From positions 1 to 64,000 of the forward strand of contig JAVKOQ020000102.1 of NCBI GenBank assembly GCA_031835245.2: DNA of 64,000 nt. Reading direction: 5' to 3'. Of the stretch, positions 23,357-35,655 are shown in pieces. The notes under the pieces were generated by a model that had not been told where the DNA came from, searched no databases, and saw nothing but the letters and a program-made list of their open reading frames with translations. The first letter of the stretch is position 1. Every line of letters starts with the position of its first letter. Made by a program: the position numbers and the translations under genes. Source of the DNA: Balamuthia mandrillaris. Lineage: Eukaryota.

Positions 23357-25667
23357 TCAATCATTCCAAACAACGCACCACCGTTTCTTCAATGGGAGAG
23401 AACGTCCTTCGCCTTCCTTGCCCTCTCCTTCTTTCTCCTCCTCTGAAGTATTTGTTGACTGTGCTGCTTTCAGTTGATCTTCGGACAGAGAAGAAGAAGA
23501 TGAAGAGGAACCATTGGAAGCATCTCTTTGCTCCTCCCCTCCTTCTTTGCTTCGCTGCTCTCCTTCTCTTCGTTCAGTCTCACCGCCGCTGCCAGGAGCA
23601 ACTATGATACCGTTCGTCGATGATGTTTGCCAACGTTGATGATCAAGATTCCCTTTGTCCTTGTTCTCGCCATCATCACTATTTTTGTTGATGTCATTGT
23701 TGTTGGTTCGTTGGCGTTTGCGTAAAGGTTCATCCATTGCTGCCATCTTCACCAAAAGCTGCTTTTTCTTTTCCTCATCAATATGCTCCTGGTGCTCTTT
23801 TTTGTCATCGGTCCCTTTGTCGAGGGACACTCGGATGCCATTGGTAACCTTCTTTTGTTGCCGATCTTTGTTGTCGTTGTGGTTATGATTGTTGTTAATA
23901 TGTACATCATGATCTCCGTTTCTCCTCCGCTCTTTCTTGTTCGTCGTTTCAACAACATGCTCTGTTGCTGAGGCTTTCTTTCCTCCTAGACTGTCACGAA
24001 GTGGTTTTTGCTGTTTTTGCAGCGAGTCTGCTCGTTTACGTTTCAGAGTTTCTTCTTCGTGACGCTCCTTCTCTCTTACTCTCTCTGTTTCTGTCTTCTC
24101 TTCACCATCTGCTCCTTTTCCGCGAGATCTCTTCAACCGCTCTCCGTTGTTATTGTTGTTCTCCGTTCCTTCGGTTTGTTGTTGAGCATGAGATGTAACA
24201 TCTTCGCTTGTTGTAACTACGTCCATTTTTGAGTTGTTGGCATGTTCTTCCGTCTTCGTTGTAGAAGTTGCAGATTTAGTATCTTTTCGTTTGTCGAGAG
24301 GAACATCCTTTCGTTCAGTGATTTTATCATCGGCGCTTTTATTTCCATTGTTGAGCTTTTTTGTTGTTTCGCCTCTGTCGTCCAGCTTTTGGGCTTGTGC
24401 GAGTTGTAGCATCAGCTCCTCTTTACGCTTTTGTCTTTCTCGCTCGCGTTCCATGCGAATAGCCCATTGCCGCATGCGCAGCTGTTCTCGTTCTTCTCTT
24501 CGCTTCTCCCTGTCCTTAACCCGTTTCTTTTCCTGCATTCGCTCCCGTTCTCTCAATCGTTCGCGTTCCCGCTTTCGCGCCAAACGTTTCATTCTTCGTC
24601 TCGTTTCTCGTTCCTTCTCCTCGTCTTCTCCATCTGCAGCAGAAGCTTCCTCCTCTTCCTCTTCTTCAGTTTCTTCAGGTTTTAGCTTTTCCTTCTCACC
24701 CTCCTTTTCTTCTTGTTCATCATCTTCTATGCGTCTTTTGCGTGTCGTTACCGTCGTTGTTCTCGAACGTATTTTCGAGCCACCTCGTCCTCTGGTGGCG
24801 CCACCTCGTCTTCCTCTACCAGAGTACCCTCTGCCTCTTCCTCGGCCAGTTGTAGATTTTTGAGATCGTTTATTGAGTTTGTTGGTGGCCCCTTCGTCTT
24901 CCATTTCTTCGGCTGCTTCTTCCTCCTCCTCCTCCTCGTCGCTGTCCTCATCGCTGTCAGAATCTTCTTCCACTTCTTCTTCCACTAAAGCCGCTTCGGC
25001 AACATCTTCCTCGTCTTCTTCTTCTCCTTCGTCTGCATTCCATTCGGTTTCTTCTTCCTTTTTCTTTCTTCCAGCGCGTCTTTTCCTTCCGTCCTCTTCC
25101 TCTTCTTCACTTTCTGCTTCGAAAAGGAACTTGTACCATTCAGCTCGTACTTGTTCTTCTTCCGGCTCCTTTTTCCTTCTGCCCTTCTTTCGCTTATTAT
25201 TGACAATCGCAGGCTCATTCTTTGTTTCCTCGCTTTCTTCCGAACTATCTTCTCTTTCGTCGCTGTCAGAACGCGTTTTACGTTGTTTCTGTTTGTGCTT
25301 CTGCTTCGCTTCTTCTTCTTCCTTTAGTTTTTTGTTTTTTTGCTTTCGTCTGTCTGGTTTGCCGCTTCCGTCTTCTTGCATGGCCATTTTCCTTCTCTTG
25401 CGTACTTTCTCGCTTTCCCAAACAAATCCGATTGAGTTAAGCATCTTAATTCTTGTTTGGCTGTAGCGAGGCGAGTTTCTGCGTGAGCGCTGATTCGTGC
25501 ACCATTTGCCCAGTTGTCTTTCCTTGGCAGAGCGAGAACGATTCATCGCTGATACGTCGCAGTGCCCATGCTTTTTCTGTAAAATAGGTTCAAGGTCAGG
25601 AAAACAAAAAAGAAAACAAATTACAACATGAGTAAGCGAGCAGGCGGAGAAAAAAAAAACAGACAAA

Positions 25668-25743
<76 letters not shown>

Positions 25744-25791
25744 GAGAGTGAGAGTGGAGAGTGAGAGTGAGAGTGAGAGTGAGAGGAGAGG

Positions 25792-25881
<90 letters not shown>

Positions 25882-26460
25882 AGAGACGCGCAGAGAGGAG
25901 CAGAAAGGAGAAGAGATTACAAAAAAACAAAAACAAAAACAAAAAAAAAAACACACAAAAAGAACATGGTAAACCTTAAATGCGAGAAGTTGTTGAAACA
26001 TTTGAGTCCACCTATCCTCTCTACTTCCAGTTTTTCTAGGTCGTACAACAACAGCTCCGTCCGAGTCCTCTTTTTCTTCATCTTCGTTTTCTTCCTCATG
26101 TTCTTCAACTTCCTCATCCTCTTCATGTTCGTCTCCCTCCTGCTCACCTTTCACGCTGGTCAATTTACTCGTCGCCTTTCTCTTCGCATCTTTAACGACA
26201 CTTCCACTCGTTTGTTTTGCTTCTTTTGCAAGTGCGTTCTTTGAAGACTTGACATCTTCTTCTTCTTCTTCGTCAGAAGGGGATGCTTTGTTGGCCTTGC
26301 TCGGAGCCTTTCGTTTTCTGGCCTTGTCTTCGTTGTCGGGAGGAAGTTCTTTTGCGTTGGTTTTTTGAAGAGATGAGACCGTAGCTTTGAGTTGGTCAAG
26401 CTCCGTTCTTAAGTTTGTTACAAGATCTTCGAGCTCTGTTACACGTTGCTGCAACTCCAT
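23357..26460 (-). CDS. Helicase-associated (HA) domain protein with long charged tail, 2 exons
   Basis: RWTQMFQQLLAFK / KKHGHCDV...LGKWCTNQR...RIKMLNSIGFVWE; intron at about 25971-25578 holds a hexamer repeat. Confidence 0.8.
25667..25879. repeat. (GAGAGT)n hexamer microsatellite, intronic
   Basis: Directly visible tandem array. Confidence 0.95.
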
Positions 26461-27748
26461 TTTCTTGTTCTTCTTTAGGGAAAAAAAAGGTTAGAACAAA
26501 AGAAAAAAAAGAGCGAACCACATTAATATTACTATTTGAAAGCGAAATATTCAAACGAAGAAACGAAAAAAGAGTTTTTGCAAATTTTAAAAAGAAAACG
26601 AGAAAAAGGAACCGGAGGAAAAAAAAAAGATGAGAAAGGGACATAAACTGAGAACAAGAAAGAAATGAGACGGAAGAGAAAGAGCTAAACAAATATATTT
26701 TAAAGAAAAGAGAACAAGAGAGAGTGAAACGAGAAAGTGAAAACAATAAGGAAACAAAACAGAACAAAGATGAATTTAAAGAAAAAAAAAAGAGCAAACA
26801 AAACAACAGGCGCGAGAAAACAAAAGGCGAGAGAGAAAGAAAAGGGAAAAGAGAAAAGAGAGGGAAAAAACACAAACCTTAATGTTCAAGCACAATCAAG
26901 CTCACCAAAGTTAATACAAAGATCAACAAATGTGCCGAGCCTTGGTTTGTTTTTTTTTTGAAACTCCACAAACTTTAAAGAAAAAAAAAAGCAAGTTTTA
27001 AATAGGAGAAGCAGCTCCCTCCTGAGTTCCTTCCTGTGTAATAACATAAACACGAATGAGAAATAACAACACAACCAGATTTTTTCAAAAAAAAAAAAAA
27101 AAAAAAAGCAAACCGCCAACAAGCCTTTGAAAGGATTTTTTTTCCGTCCCAACAACAAGCAAGGGTCCCTTCTCCTCTGTTCTCCTTCGGCTTTTTTTCC
27201 CCCCCTTGCTCCCCTCCAACTCCCACTTTCCTACACTACACACACACACACACAGAGAGAGTTGCTTCAAACGAACAACAACAACAACAAAAAAAATACT
27301 CTGGTCTTTCTTTTTTTGTTGTTTCCCCTTTTTCTTGTGCTCTTTTTTTTTTATTTTTTTTTCTTTTTACTTTTTTTTTTGTCGGTTGCTCCAATTTTCG
27401 AACGACTCCTCGTGCATAATTTTTTTAAAATTTAATGCATATTTGGTAATGATTGAACCAATTTACCTAATTTGGATACGATTCATGATTTGGTTTAAAG
27501 AATGCAAGGAATGTTCATGTACGCCAGGAATGCTAGGAATGTTGAGAATATTTAATATATGGCACAAAGTATTAAAAGTGCAAAATTTCACACACATTCA
27601 TCGCGAAAAGCACGAGAAGCGGGTGCGAACGGCGAAAAAGGTTTCTCTTTCTTCCTCCTCCTCTTGCTTCTCTTCCTCCTCATCCCCTCACTTCTTGAAA
27701 CAAAAAATTAAAAATAAACAACAAAGAAACAACAAAAAAAAAGCGGAG

Positions 27749-28514
27749 ATGGAAACACAGAGAACTTTTGGCGCTCGTTCGGCCTCGCGCCGGTTGGGAG
27801 CGGTGTTGCACCACTTGAGCGCGGAGGACAAGAACGGTTCCGCTGCACCGCTTGCGATGGGCCCGTCTCCATGTTTTGACGCGGAGGAAGAGAAAGGCAC
27901 TCCCCTCTATGAGGAAAGGCTTGGTGCTTCCTTTGACGTGAAACGAATGACTTGCTTTCTGGAAGGCAGTGAGCAATACGCTCAGTTCAAGGTTTTCCCC
28001 TTTGTCTTTTCTACTCTTCCTTTGTCCCTCTCTTCTTCGCACTCCACTGCTCTTCTACTCATCCTCGCTTTTATACATTCTCTCAACTCTCACTCGCCCG
28101 TTCTCTTCTTTTCCCTTCAACGCTTCTCTTCGTCGTTCTCTTAGCTTCTGTTCACTAACAAAAAAACATCCAGGAAATATCAGCAGCGAGAATAGAAATA
28201 GACGCTGTTCTTCGGGACAAAGGCAGACACGACCGAACTCGCGAGGAGGCTCGCTTCATCACCATGCAGAAGTTGGCCACCTCGCGAAGCCTTTGGGGCG
28301 AGAATAAGATAAAATCCGGCGAGAAGGCGCTCAACGAGTTGGACAAGGACGAAGTGGACGTGCCTGGTGGTGGCAAGAAGATCTACAACGCCTTTTTTGA
28401 GGTTATGAGGTTAAGTTTTGTTCTTTTGTCAAATCGAGTTGTTTCGTCTTCTTTTTCTTTCCTTTCTTCTGCCTTTCTTGCTTGTTTTTTGTTTCTTCAC
28501 TCTTGTTTATTTTA

Positions 28515-28555
<41 letters not shown>

Positions 28556-31013
28556 AAGTTTGTACGATCCATCGTGGGCAACCCGCATTGCAGTTCATCA
28601 TGGTCTCTTCCAGGGAGCTATCTTGGGACAGGGCAACCAAGAGCAGAGGGCCAAGTGGGGCCTCGATGCATTGAACATGCGTATCTTTGGTTGCTTTGCC
28701 ATGACCGAGCTGGGCCATGGCTCTCACGTTCGCGGCTTAGAGGTCTCTCTCCCCTATCTCTCTCGTCGTTTTTTTTTTCCCTTTCTCTCCCTTTGCATAT
28801 CACATTTCTTATTTGCTATCATTTTTTCTTTACAGACGACAGCATCGTATGATCCAGAAACACAAGAGTTTGTGCTGAACACACCCACGGTCACGGCTAC
28901 CAAGTGGTGGATTGGAGCTGCCGGACAAACAGCCACTCACGCCGTTGTATTTGCGCGGCTTATTACTCTTGGGTCGGTTTTTGTTTTTGTTTTTATTTTC
29001 ATATCCCTCACATATGAAGATGAACTTGAATTACAACAGAAAGGACGAAGGCGTGCATCCGTTCATTGTTCAGTTGCGAAGGATAGAAGATGGCTCACCC
29101 CTGCCTGGCATCTCTTTGGGAGATTGTGGAGCAAAGATGGTATGTATGGTCAACAGCCTGTTTCTTTGCATGCGCAACCTTTGTTTATGTATGCATGTAC
29201 GTGGTTGGTGCTGCTCACCCATAGGGCCGAAATGGAGTTGATAACGGATGGATTCAATTCGATCATGTTAGGATTCCTCGTAACCAAATGCTCATGCGAT
29301 GGGCCAATGTCACGCCTGAAGTAATTCTACCTTTCTATCTTTGTTTCTCTAAAGGCCTCTCCTCTACTTTCTACTTCTTTCATTTTATCCACTCCCTAAC
29401 GGTTTTTTAAACAACAAAAAGGGCAAATACATCCCACCACCAAAACGAGAGCTGACCTACGGACCTTTAGTAGGAGGGCGTGTGCTCATGGTCAAAGACT
29501 CGTCCGACTTTTTGAAGAAGGCTCTCACCATTGCTGTTCGTTACAGCGCCGTCCGAAGGCAAGGCGAGGAGAACAACCAAATAATCGACTTTCAGACTCA
29601 TCAACATCGTCTCCTTCCTGTTTTGGCCACTACTTTTGCGGTTCACATCACGAGCGTTGGTCTCAATGAAAAGTTCGCAGCGTTGATGAAGTCGTTTAAG
29701 GAGGAGAAGCTCAGCCCGGAGTTGTTGCAGGATGTTCATGCCACTAGTGCTGGATTGAAGGCCGTTTGTACTTGGTGGGCCAACGAATGTATGCCTTCGC
29801 CCTCCTGTTACTGCATTCTCTCCTTTCTTATCCCCATTTCTCATCTTTTGTCACTTCTGACCTCTCTTTTTCATTCTCTCTTCTCTTCGGTCTATCATTT
29901 TCTATCTTTGTCTTCATAGCTCTGGAAACATGCAGACAATGTTTAGGAGGGCATGGCTATTCCTCGTATAGCGGCTTTCAGGAGATGTTAGGCGACTTTG
30001 CTGTACAATGCACTTGGGAGGGAGACAACACCGTTCTGTCCCAACAAACGGCTCGCTTCCTTCTCAAGCAACACAAACTAGCAACCAAGGGCAAGGAGGT
30101 CAAAGGCTTCTCAGCCTACCTCGCTCAGGCTCCCTCTATTCTTCGCCAAAAGATGAGAGCCACCAATGTCGATCAACTTTTGGACTTCTCTGCCCTTTTG
30201 GAGGTTCTTTTCTTTTCTGTGTTGACACTAGAAAGTGTTTTTTTGTCCATATTTCTGTTTTTTCTCTTCTTGTTGCTTCTCTCCTCTTCTTCCTCCTTCC
30301 TCCTCTCTCTTCGTCGTTCTCTTATCTTTTGTTTCCTCTCTTGTTTTTGTAGCCTGTATGTTTCTTCTGAACTAATTTATTTATTTTTAAAAGGCGTGTC
30401 GCTACATAGCCACAGCGTGTGTCGTCCGAACAGCCACTCGCTATGAACAGGAAAAGCAGAAGTTGAACAACAACCAAACGCAAGCGTGGAATGAGTGCAT
30501 GGTGGACCTGGTCTACTGCACCAAGGTGCATTGCTATTACTTTATGGCGGACTGCTTTGCTGAAGCCATCGAGAAAGCGGAGGAGGGACTGCGTCCAGTC
30601 TTATCACAGCTCTACCGCCTGTTTGCGTTGCACCACATGGAGGTCAATATGGCGGCCTTGCTGCATGATGGATATGTTTCTGCACAACAGGCCGAACTCA
30701 TTCGCCAACAGGTTTGTTGCTCCTTTGGTTTTCAATTGCTTCATTTATGCTCATTTTAAATGCTAAATAACAGATCCGAGAGCTATACAAGTGTCTGCGA
30801 AAGCAAGCCGTTCCTTTGGTGGATTCCTTCGCTCTTCCCGACTTTATGTTAAACACTCCTCTCGGCCGTTACGATGGAGATATCTATCCTCATTACCTGG
30901 AAACGGTGAAGCAGGCTCCGCATGGCGTTGGCCCCACTCCTTATTGGCAAGAACTTATCAGGCCTCTTCTTCAAGATGGTGTCAACGAGAAAAACTTTCG
31001 AAGGGTCATGTAA
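27749..31013 (+). CDS. Peroxisomal acyl-CoA oxidase with N-terminal PTS2
   Basis: [88 protein letters not shown] fits RLx5HL. Confidence 0.93.
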
Positions 31014-31169
31014 GAAAAAAAAAATAATAATACACGTGCCTCAGCTTTGTTATGTTTGTCTCTATCATACGAATACTGTTAAAGTCATGTTGTGGGGAAT
31101 GTTCTTCTTCTTCACAGCTTTCGTTTTCACATTTCCCTTCTTCCGCGTCCTCTTTCTCCCTTCTTTTGC

Positions 31170-32909
31170 TTAGGAGACAAGTGCTTCTGGGCAGGGACAA
31201 CCATGCTCACGGAGATAGTTTAGCACTTCCTGATTTCCCTGCTGTTGAGCATTGGAAAACGTTAGCTCGTCCCAAGGACACCCGTTCTCTCTGGTCCATT
31301 TCAGCACTTCCAAATGCCCCCCTATAGCAGCACATGCACAAGTGAACTCATTCCACGGACATCCGTGCTCTTTAGCCCATTTCAGCACTTCCAAATGGCC
31401 ATTCAAAGCAGCGCAGCAGCAGGTGCTCTCGTTCCAAGGACACCCGTTGTTCCTGGCCCATTGCAAGACTTCCAAATTCCCCCCACCGGCAGCACGCGTA
31501 CATGTGTCCTCATTCCACGGGCACCCATGCTCTTTGGCCCATTGCAGCACTTCCAAATGGCCGTCCTGAGCTGCCAAGCAACTGGTTTGTTCATCCCACG
31601 GACAGCCGTGCTCTCTCACCCATTTCAGCATTTCCAGGTTGCCATTCCCTGCCACATTGGCACAAGTGCATGTGTCCCAAGGGCATCCGTGAGTTCTGGC
31701 CCATTTCAGCACGTCCCAATGCCCATTCCGAGCTGCAGAGGAACAGACCTCTTCGTCCCAAGACCATCCTTGCTTTCTCGCCCATTTCAACGCCTCCAAA
31801 TGGCCGCCTTTGGCTGCTGCACAGCACGTTAACGGGCTGCTATCAGCACAGCCATGTTCCAAAGCCCACTGTAGCACTGATACATGGCCGTTCTCAGCAG
31901 CAGAGATGCAAGTTTCCTCGTCCCAGGGACACCCATGTTGCCTTGCCCACTTCAAAACTTCCAAGTGACCGTTGAAGGCCGCTATGGTGCATGTCCACTT
32001 GTCCCAAGGGCATCCTTGTTCCCGTAGCCACTGCAACATTTCCAGATCATTATTTCGTGCTGCTTCCACACATGTCGCTGTGTCCAACGTTCCACCATTC
32101 TTGATGGCCCACTTCAACACCTCCAAATGTCCTTTCTTGGCCGCCTCATTGCAAACTTTATAGCCAACCGAACATCCGTGCTTTCGTGCCCATGTCAGCA
32201 CTTCCAAGTGTCCACCACCTACAGCAGCTACTCCAATCTGAAGAGACCAGGGGCAACCATTTTTTCTTGCCCACTTCAAGACCTTCAAACGTCCTGTTGA
32301 GGCTGCTGCCATACAAGTCTGCTCGTCCCAAGGGCATTCATGCTCCCTGAGCCATTGCAACACTTCCAAGTGCCCGCCTCTGGCCGCCGCGCTGCATGCT
32401 CTCGCGTCCCAAGGGCATCCTTGCTCATGCAGCCACTTCAGCACCTCCAGATGACCATTACTTGCCGCCATGGCGCACATCTCTGCGTCCCAAGAGCATA
32501 CTCGCTCTCCACAGGGCAACCATTTCAGCACTTCCAGCTGGCCTTGAGAGGCTGCAGCTGCACAAGTCCTTGCATCGAGGGTGTACCCATTGGCCACTGC
32601 CCACTGCAACATCGTCACGCTGCCGCACATCGCTTTGATCGCCAACTTTTGTCTGAGCTGTAGAGGAGAGCAAGAAAACCACCGACGGCAAGTTCTGGCA
32701 GCCACGGCCACCCAGGCATCCGGCAGGAAGCCAAGCACGTGACAGAGCAGTTCTCCCGGTAACAACGCTTCTATCCAGCACGGCATGTCGCCTAATCGGT
32801 CGGAGGAGGAGGAGGAAAAGTGAAGCTGCCCGGCGTCCTTTTTTCGCTTGTTCATGTTGGAAGTGTCCCTGGTTCTCCTCTTGGTTGCTTTCTGGTTTTT
32901 TCGTTTCAT
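31170..32909 (-). CDS. Intronless F-box-like + ankyrin-like repeat protein (giant-virus-type GCPWD repeats)
   Basis: LLPGELLCHVLGFL...AARTCRRW (F-box-like) followed by more than ten roughly 37-aa repeats TC..AA..GHLEVLKWARE.GCPW(D/N). Confidence 0.88.
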   Translation of the reverse strand: MKRKNQKATKRRTRDTSNMNKRKKDAGQLHFSSSSSDRLGDMPCWIEALLPGELLCHVLGFLPDAWVAVAARTCRRWFSCSPLQLRQKLAIKAMCGSVTMLQWAVANGYTLDARTCAAAASQGQLEVLKWLPCGERVCSWDAEMCAMAASNGHLEVLKWLHEQGCPWDARACSAAARGGHLEVLQWLREHECPWDEQTCMAAASTGRLKVLKWARKNGCPWSLQIGVAAVGGGHLEVLTWARKHGCSVGYKVCNEAAKKGHLEVLKWAIKNGGTLDTATCVEAARNNDLEMLQWLREQGCPWDKWTCTIAAFNGHLEVLKWARQHGCPWDEETCISAAENGHVSVLQWALEHGCADSSPLTCCAAAKGGHLEALKWARKQGWSWDEEVCSSAARNGHWDVLKWARTHGCPWDTCTCANVAGNGNLEMLKWVREHGCPWDEQTSCLAAQDGHLEVLQWAKEHGCPWNEDTCTRAAGGGNLEVLQWARNNGCPWNESTCCCAALNGHLEVLKWAKEHGCPWNEFTCACAAIGGHLEVLKWTRENGCPWDELTFSNAQQQGNQEVLNYLREHGCPCPEALVS

Positions 32910-33190
32910 TTTTATTGCAGCATGTGCAGCAAAACACGTCCTCGGTCCCCGCGTCGATTCGGGGAAACAAAGTTTTTTTGCTTTCTTTCTGCTAAAAAGA
33001 AAAACGATCGTCCAAAGGAAGATCCTCTGATTCCCTCCTCCAATTGTAAATCAAACGCTCTGCTTTGATTAAGAGAGAGGAGAGAGTAGAAGATCCAGGA
33101 GAAGAGCTAGGAGAAGAGAGCTTCATGGGAGAGGAGAGGAGAGAGGAGAAGAGAGAAGAAGGAAGAAAGAAAGAAAGAAAGAAGAAAGAA

Positions 33191-35547
33191 ATGAAGAGCG
33201 GAGGAAGAGGAGGAAGAGGAGGAGGAAGAGGAGGAAGAGGAGGAAGAGGAGGAGGAAGAGGAGGAAGAGGAAGAGGAGGAGGAAGAGGAGGAAAGACCCA
33301 CCGCGGAGCGGCCGCGGATGACTCCGCGGTGCGAGCGACGGCGGAGCTGTTCAGCGTTGTGGCGGGCACCTACGAGAAGCTGCTCTACGGGTTGTCGCTG
33401 CACAGGCTCCGCGTGGAGCAGGAGGAGGAAGGGCCTCGTCGCTCGAGAGAGACCCCCGCAAAGAAGAACAAAGAAAAAGAAGCAGAAGAGGAAGAAGAAG
33501 AAGGAGAGAAGGGAGAAGAAGAGGAGGAGTACGGAACTTCGGAGGAGGAGGAGGAAGAGTTTGATTCGGAGGAGGAGGAGGAGGACAGTTTGGATGAGGA
33601 TGAGAAGGCGGAGCGAGAGGCGGCCAAACGGAGACAGGGAAAGTACCGCCTGGTGCCGACCTTCATCTATTCCTCTCACCTCAACTCGGTGCGCGCTTTG
33701 GCCTCCTACAAACATTTGCTGGCTTCCGGCAGTGCGGATGAATCCATCAAGTATGTCTCTTTTCACTCTTGCTTTTTTGAAGCTTCCGCCACTCTGCTTT
33801 CCTTGTTCTTTCCACCCCTTTTTTCACTCACTCTGCTTTCTCTCTTCTCTCGTTCTCTCCCGAAAACAAAAAGAGTGTACGACTTGAAGAAGAAGGTGGA
33901 GGAGGCCACTTTGTTGGAGCACAGCGGACCCATCACCAGCGTCGCGCTCTACGAGCACCACCTGCTAGCCGGCAGCCAGGACGGCGCCATCACCGTCTTT
34001 GATGGTGAGAACGACTGGGACTGCGCCGCCACCCTCAAGGCTCATAAGTTTGTTTTACTCTTCCGTCTGCTTCGCTTCTCTTTTCTCGTGCTTCTCTTTT
34101 CTTTCTTTTCTCTTTCTCTCGTTCGCTCTGCTTCCACTGATTCTCTCGTTCTTCTTGTCGCCGCTGTTTCTCTCACCTCTCCTCTTCTCTCGTTCTATGC
34201 TCCATTGTTTTGCTTTCCCTTAACGTTCGAAGGGGAGGAGTATTGGCGCTCTCGGTGCACCCAACCGGGCGCTTGGCATTGTCGGTGGGCAAAGATAAGA
34301 ACCTCAAGATGTGGAACCTTATCACCGGCCGCTGCGCTTTCACCACTAAACTCGACACTGGTATCACTTCTCTCGTATCCCCCCTCCTGCATTCTGCATG
34401 CTTTATTCGTTATTCTTTTGTGACCTTCATTCTCTCGTTCATGCATTCTAACATCTTCCGCAACAGAAGTAGAATTGGTGAAATGGTGTCCTTCCGGAAA
34501 CGTGTTTGCAACGAGCAGCGGAAAGCAACTCACAATCACCGAGGCAGAGTCTGGGAAAGCGAGGCATGTCATCGATGCGCCTAACCACATCCTTGCCGTA
34601 GAGTTTGTTACTGTATGATCTTATTCCTCGCCCTTGTTTTTTCTCTCTTCTCCTTTCTTCCTTCCTATTCCGTTGTGTTATCACTGAACATTATCTCAAT
34701 AGGATCAAGTGGTGGCGATTGGTGGAGAAGATGGGTTTCTGCAGTGCTGGAACATTACCCACCGCACATTGGTCCTGGAAATACAGGCTCACTCCAACCG
34801 TATAAAGGATCTCTCCGCTGTCACCGTACAAACCGTCCATCGTACTTCCTCTCCCTCTCTCCCTCTCTCCCTCTCTTCTGTTTTTATTTCCATTAACTCT
34901 CTCGCTCTCCGCTATAACAGTGGAAGAAGTGAAAACCAAACATTATCTTGTTTCGGCATCCTCTGACGGCTACGTCAAAGGTACTTTCTTGTCGCTCCTC
35001 TTGTTCTGTCTAGCTTGTTGCTCCCTCTTACTCATCCTCTCCCTTCTTTCTCTGAACGCGTTCATCAGTGTGGAAGTTGGATCTATCAAAAGCCAATTTG
35101 ACGGGAAGCAAAGCTGAGGCGGTGAAGACACCAGTTGCCATTCGCAACTTGGACGCTCGTCTGACTTGCGTGACCGCAACTGTGGTCAATCCTCCCATTC
35201 TCCCAACGGACGAAAACGAGGGAAGAGAACGTGAGCGAACAGGAAAGAGGTTCAACAAGGGCAAAAAGAATAACAATAACAAACAACAAAAGAACCCGCA
35301 TCAACAACAAAAAGCTGGAGGAGAAGAGAAAGATCAAAAAGGAGGAAACCGCAAACGGAAATGGAATAACAACGATAACAACAACAACAGCCAGAGTAAC
35401 AATAACAACAACAAATTCAACAAGAATAGTGGAGGCGGCGGAGGAGGAAGAGGAAGAGGAAAAGGTGGACGAGGAGGAAGAGGAGGCGGTGGCAGGGGAG
35501 GTGGAAAGAGTCCACAACCGCCAAAGAAAAAGACCAGAAACCACTAA
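33191..35547 (+). CDS. PAK1IP1: PAK1IP1/Mak11 WD40 60S biogenesis factor with RGG-rich ends
   Basis: VVAGTYEKLLYG, LASGSADESIK, HPTGRLALSVGKDKNLKMWNLITGR, AHSNRIKDL, LVSASSDG; C-terminal PPKKKTR NLS-like. Confidence 0.88.
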
Positions 35548-35655
35548 ACGAGTACTTTTTTGTGTTCTTCTTTGACTAAAGAAAGAAAGAAGGCAAGAAA
35601 GACATGAAGAAGAAAATGTCTCCTGACGAACTAAAAATAAACAAAATAAGGGTTT

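Noticed and set aside
25667..25879. Hexamer array as an interstitial telomere or coding (HS)n/(TL)n repeat
   Set aside because: The unit is not TTAGGG-like and it lies in the intron splitting the HA domain
26470..27740. Phe/Lys-rich ORFs in the divergent intergenic region
   Set aside because: Products of A/T-run low-complexity sequence
31170..32970. F-box/ankyrin gene as part of a mobile element or provirus
   Set aside because: No transposase, integrase, capsid gene, TIR/LTR or target-site duplication seen; only a short hairpin near 32946-32965
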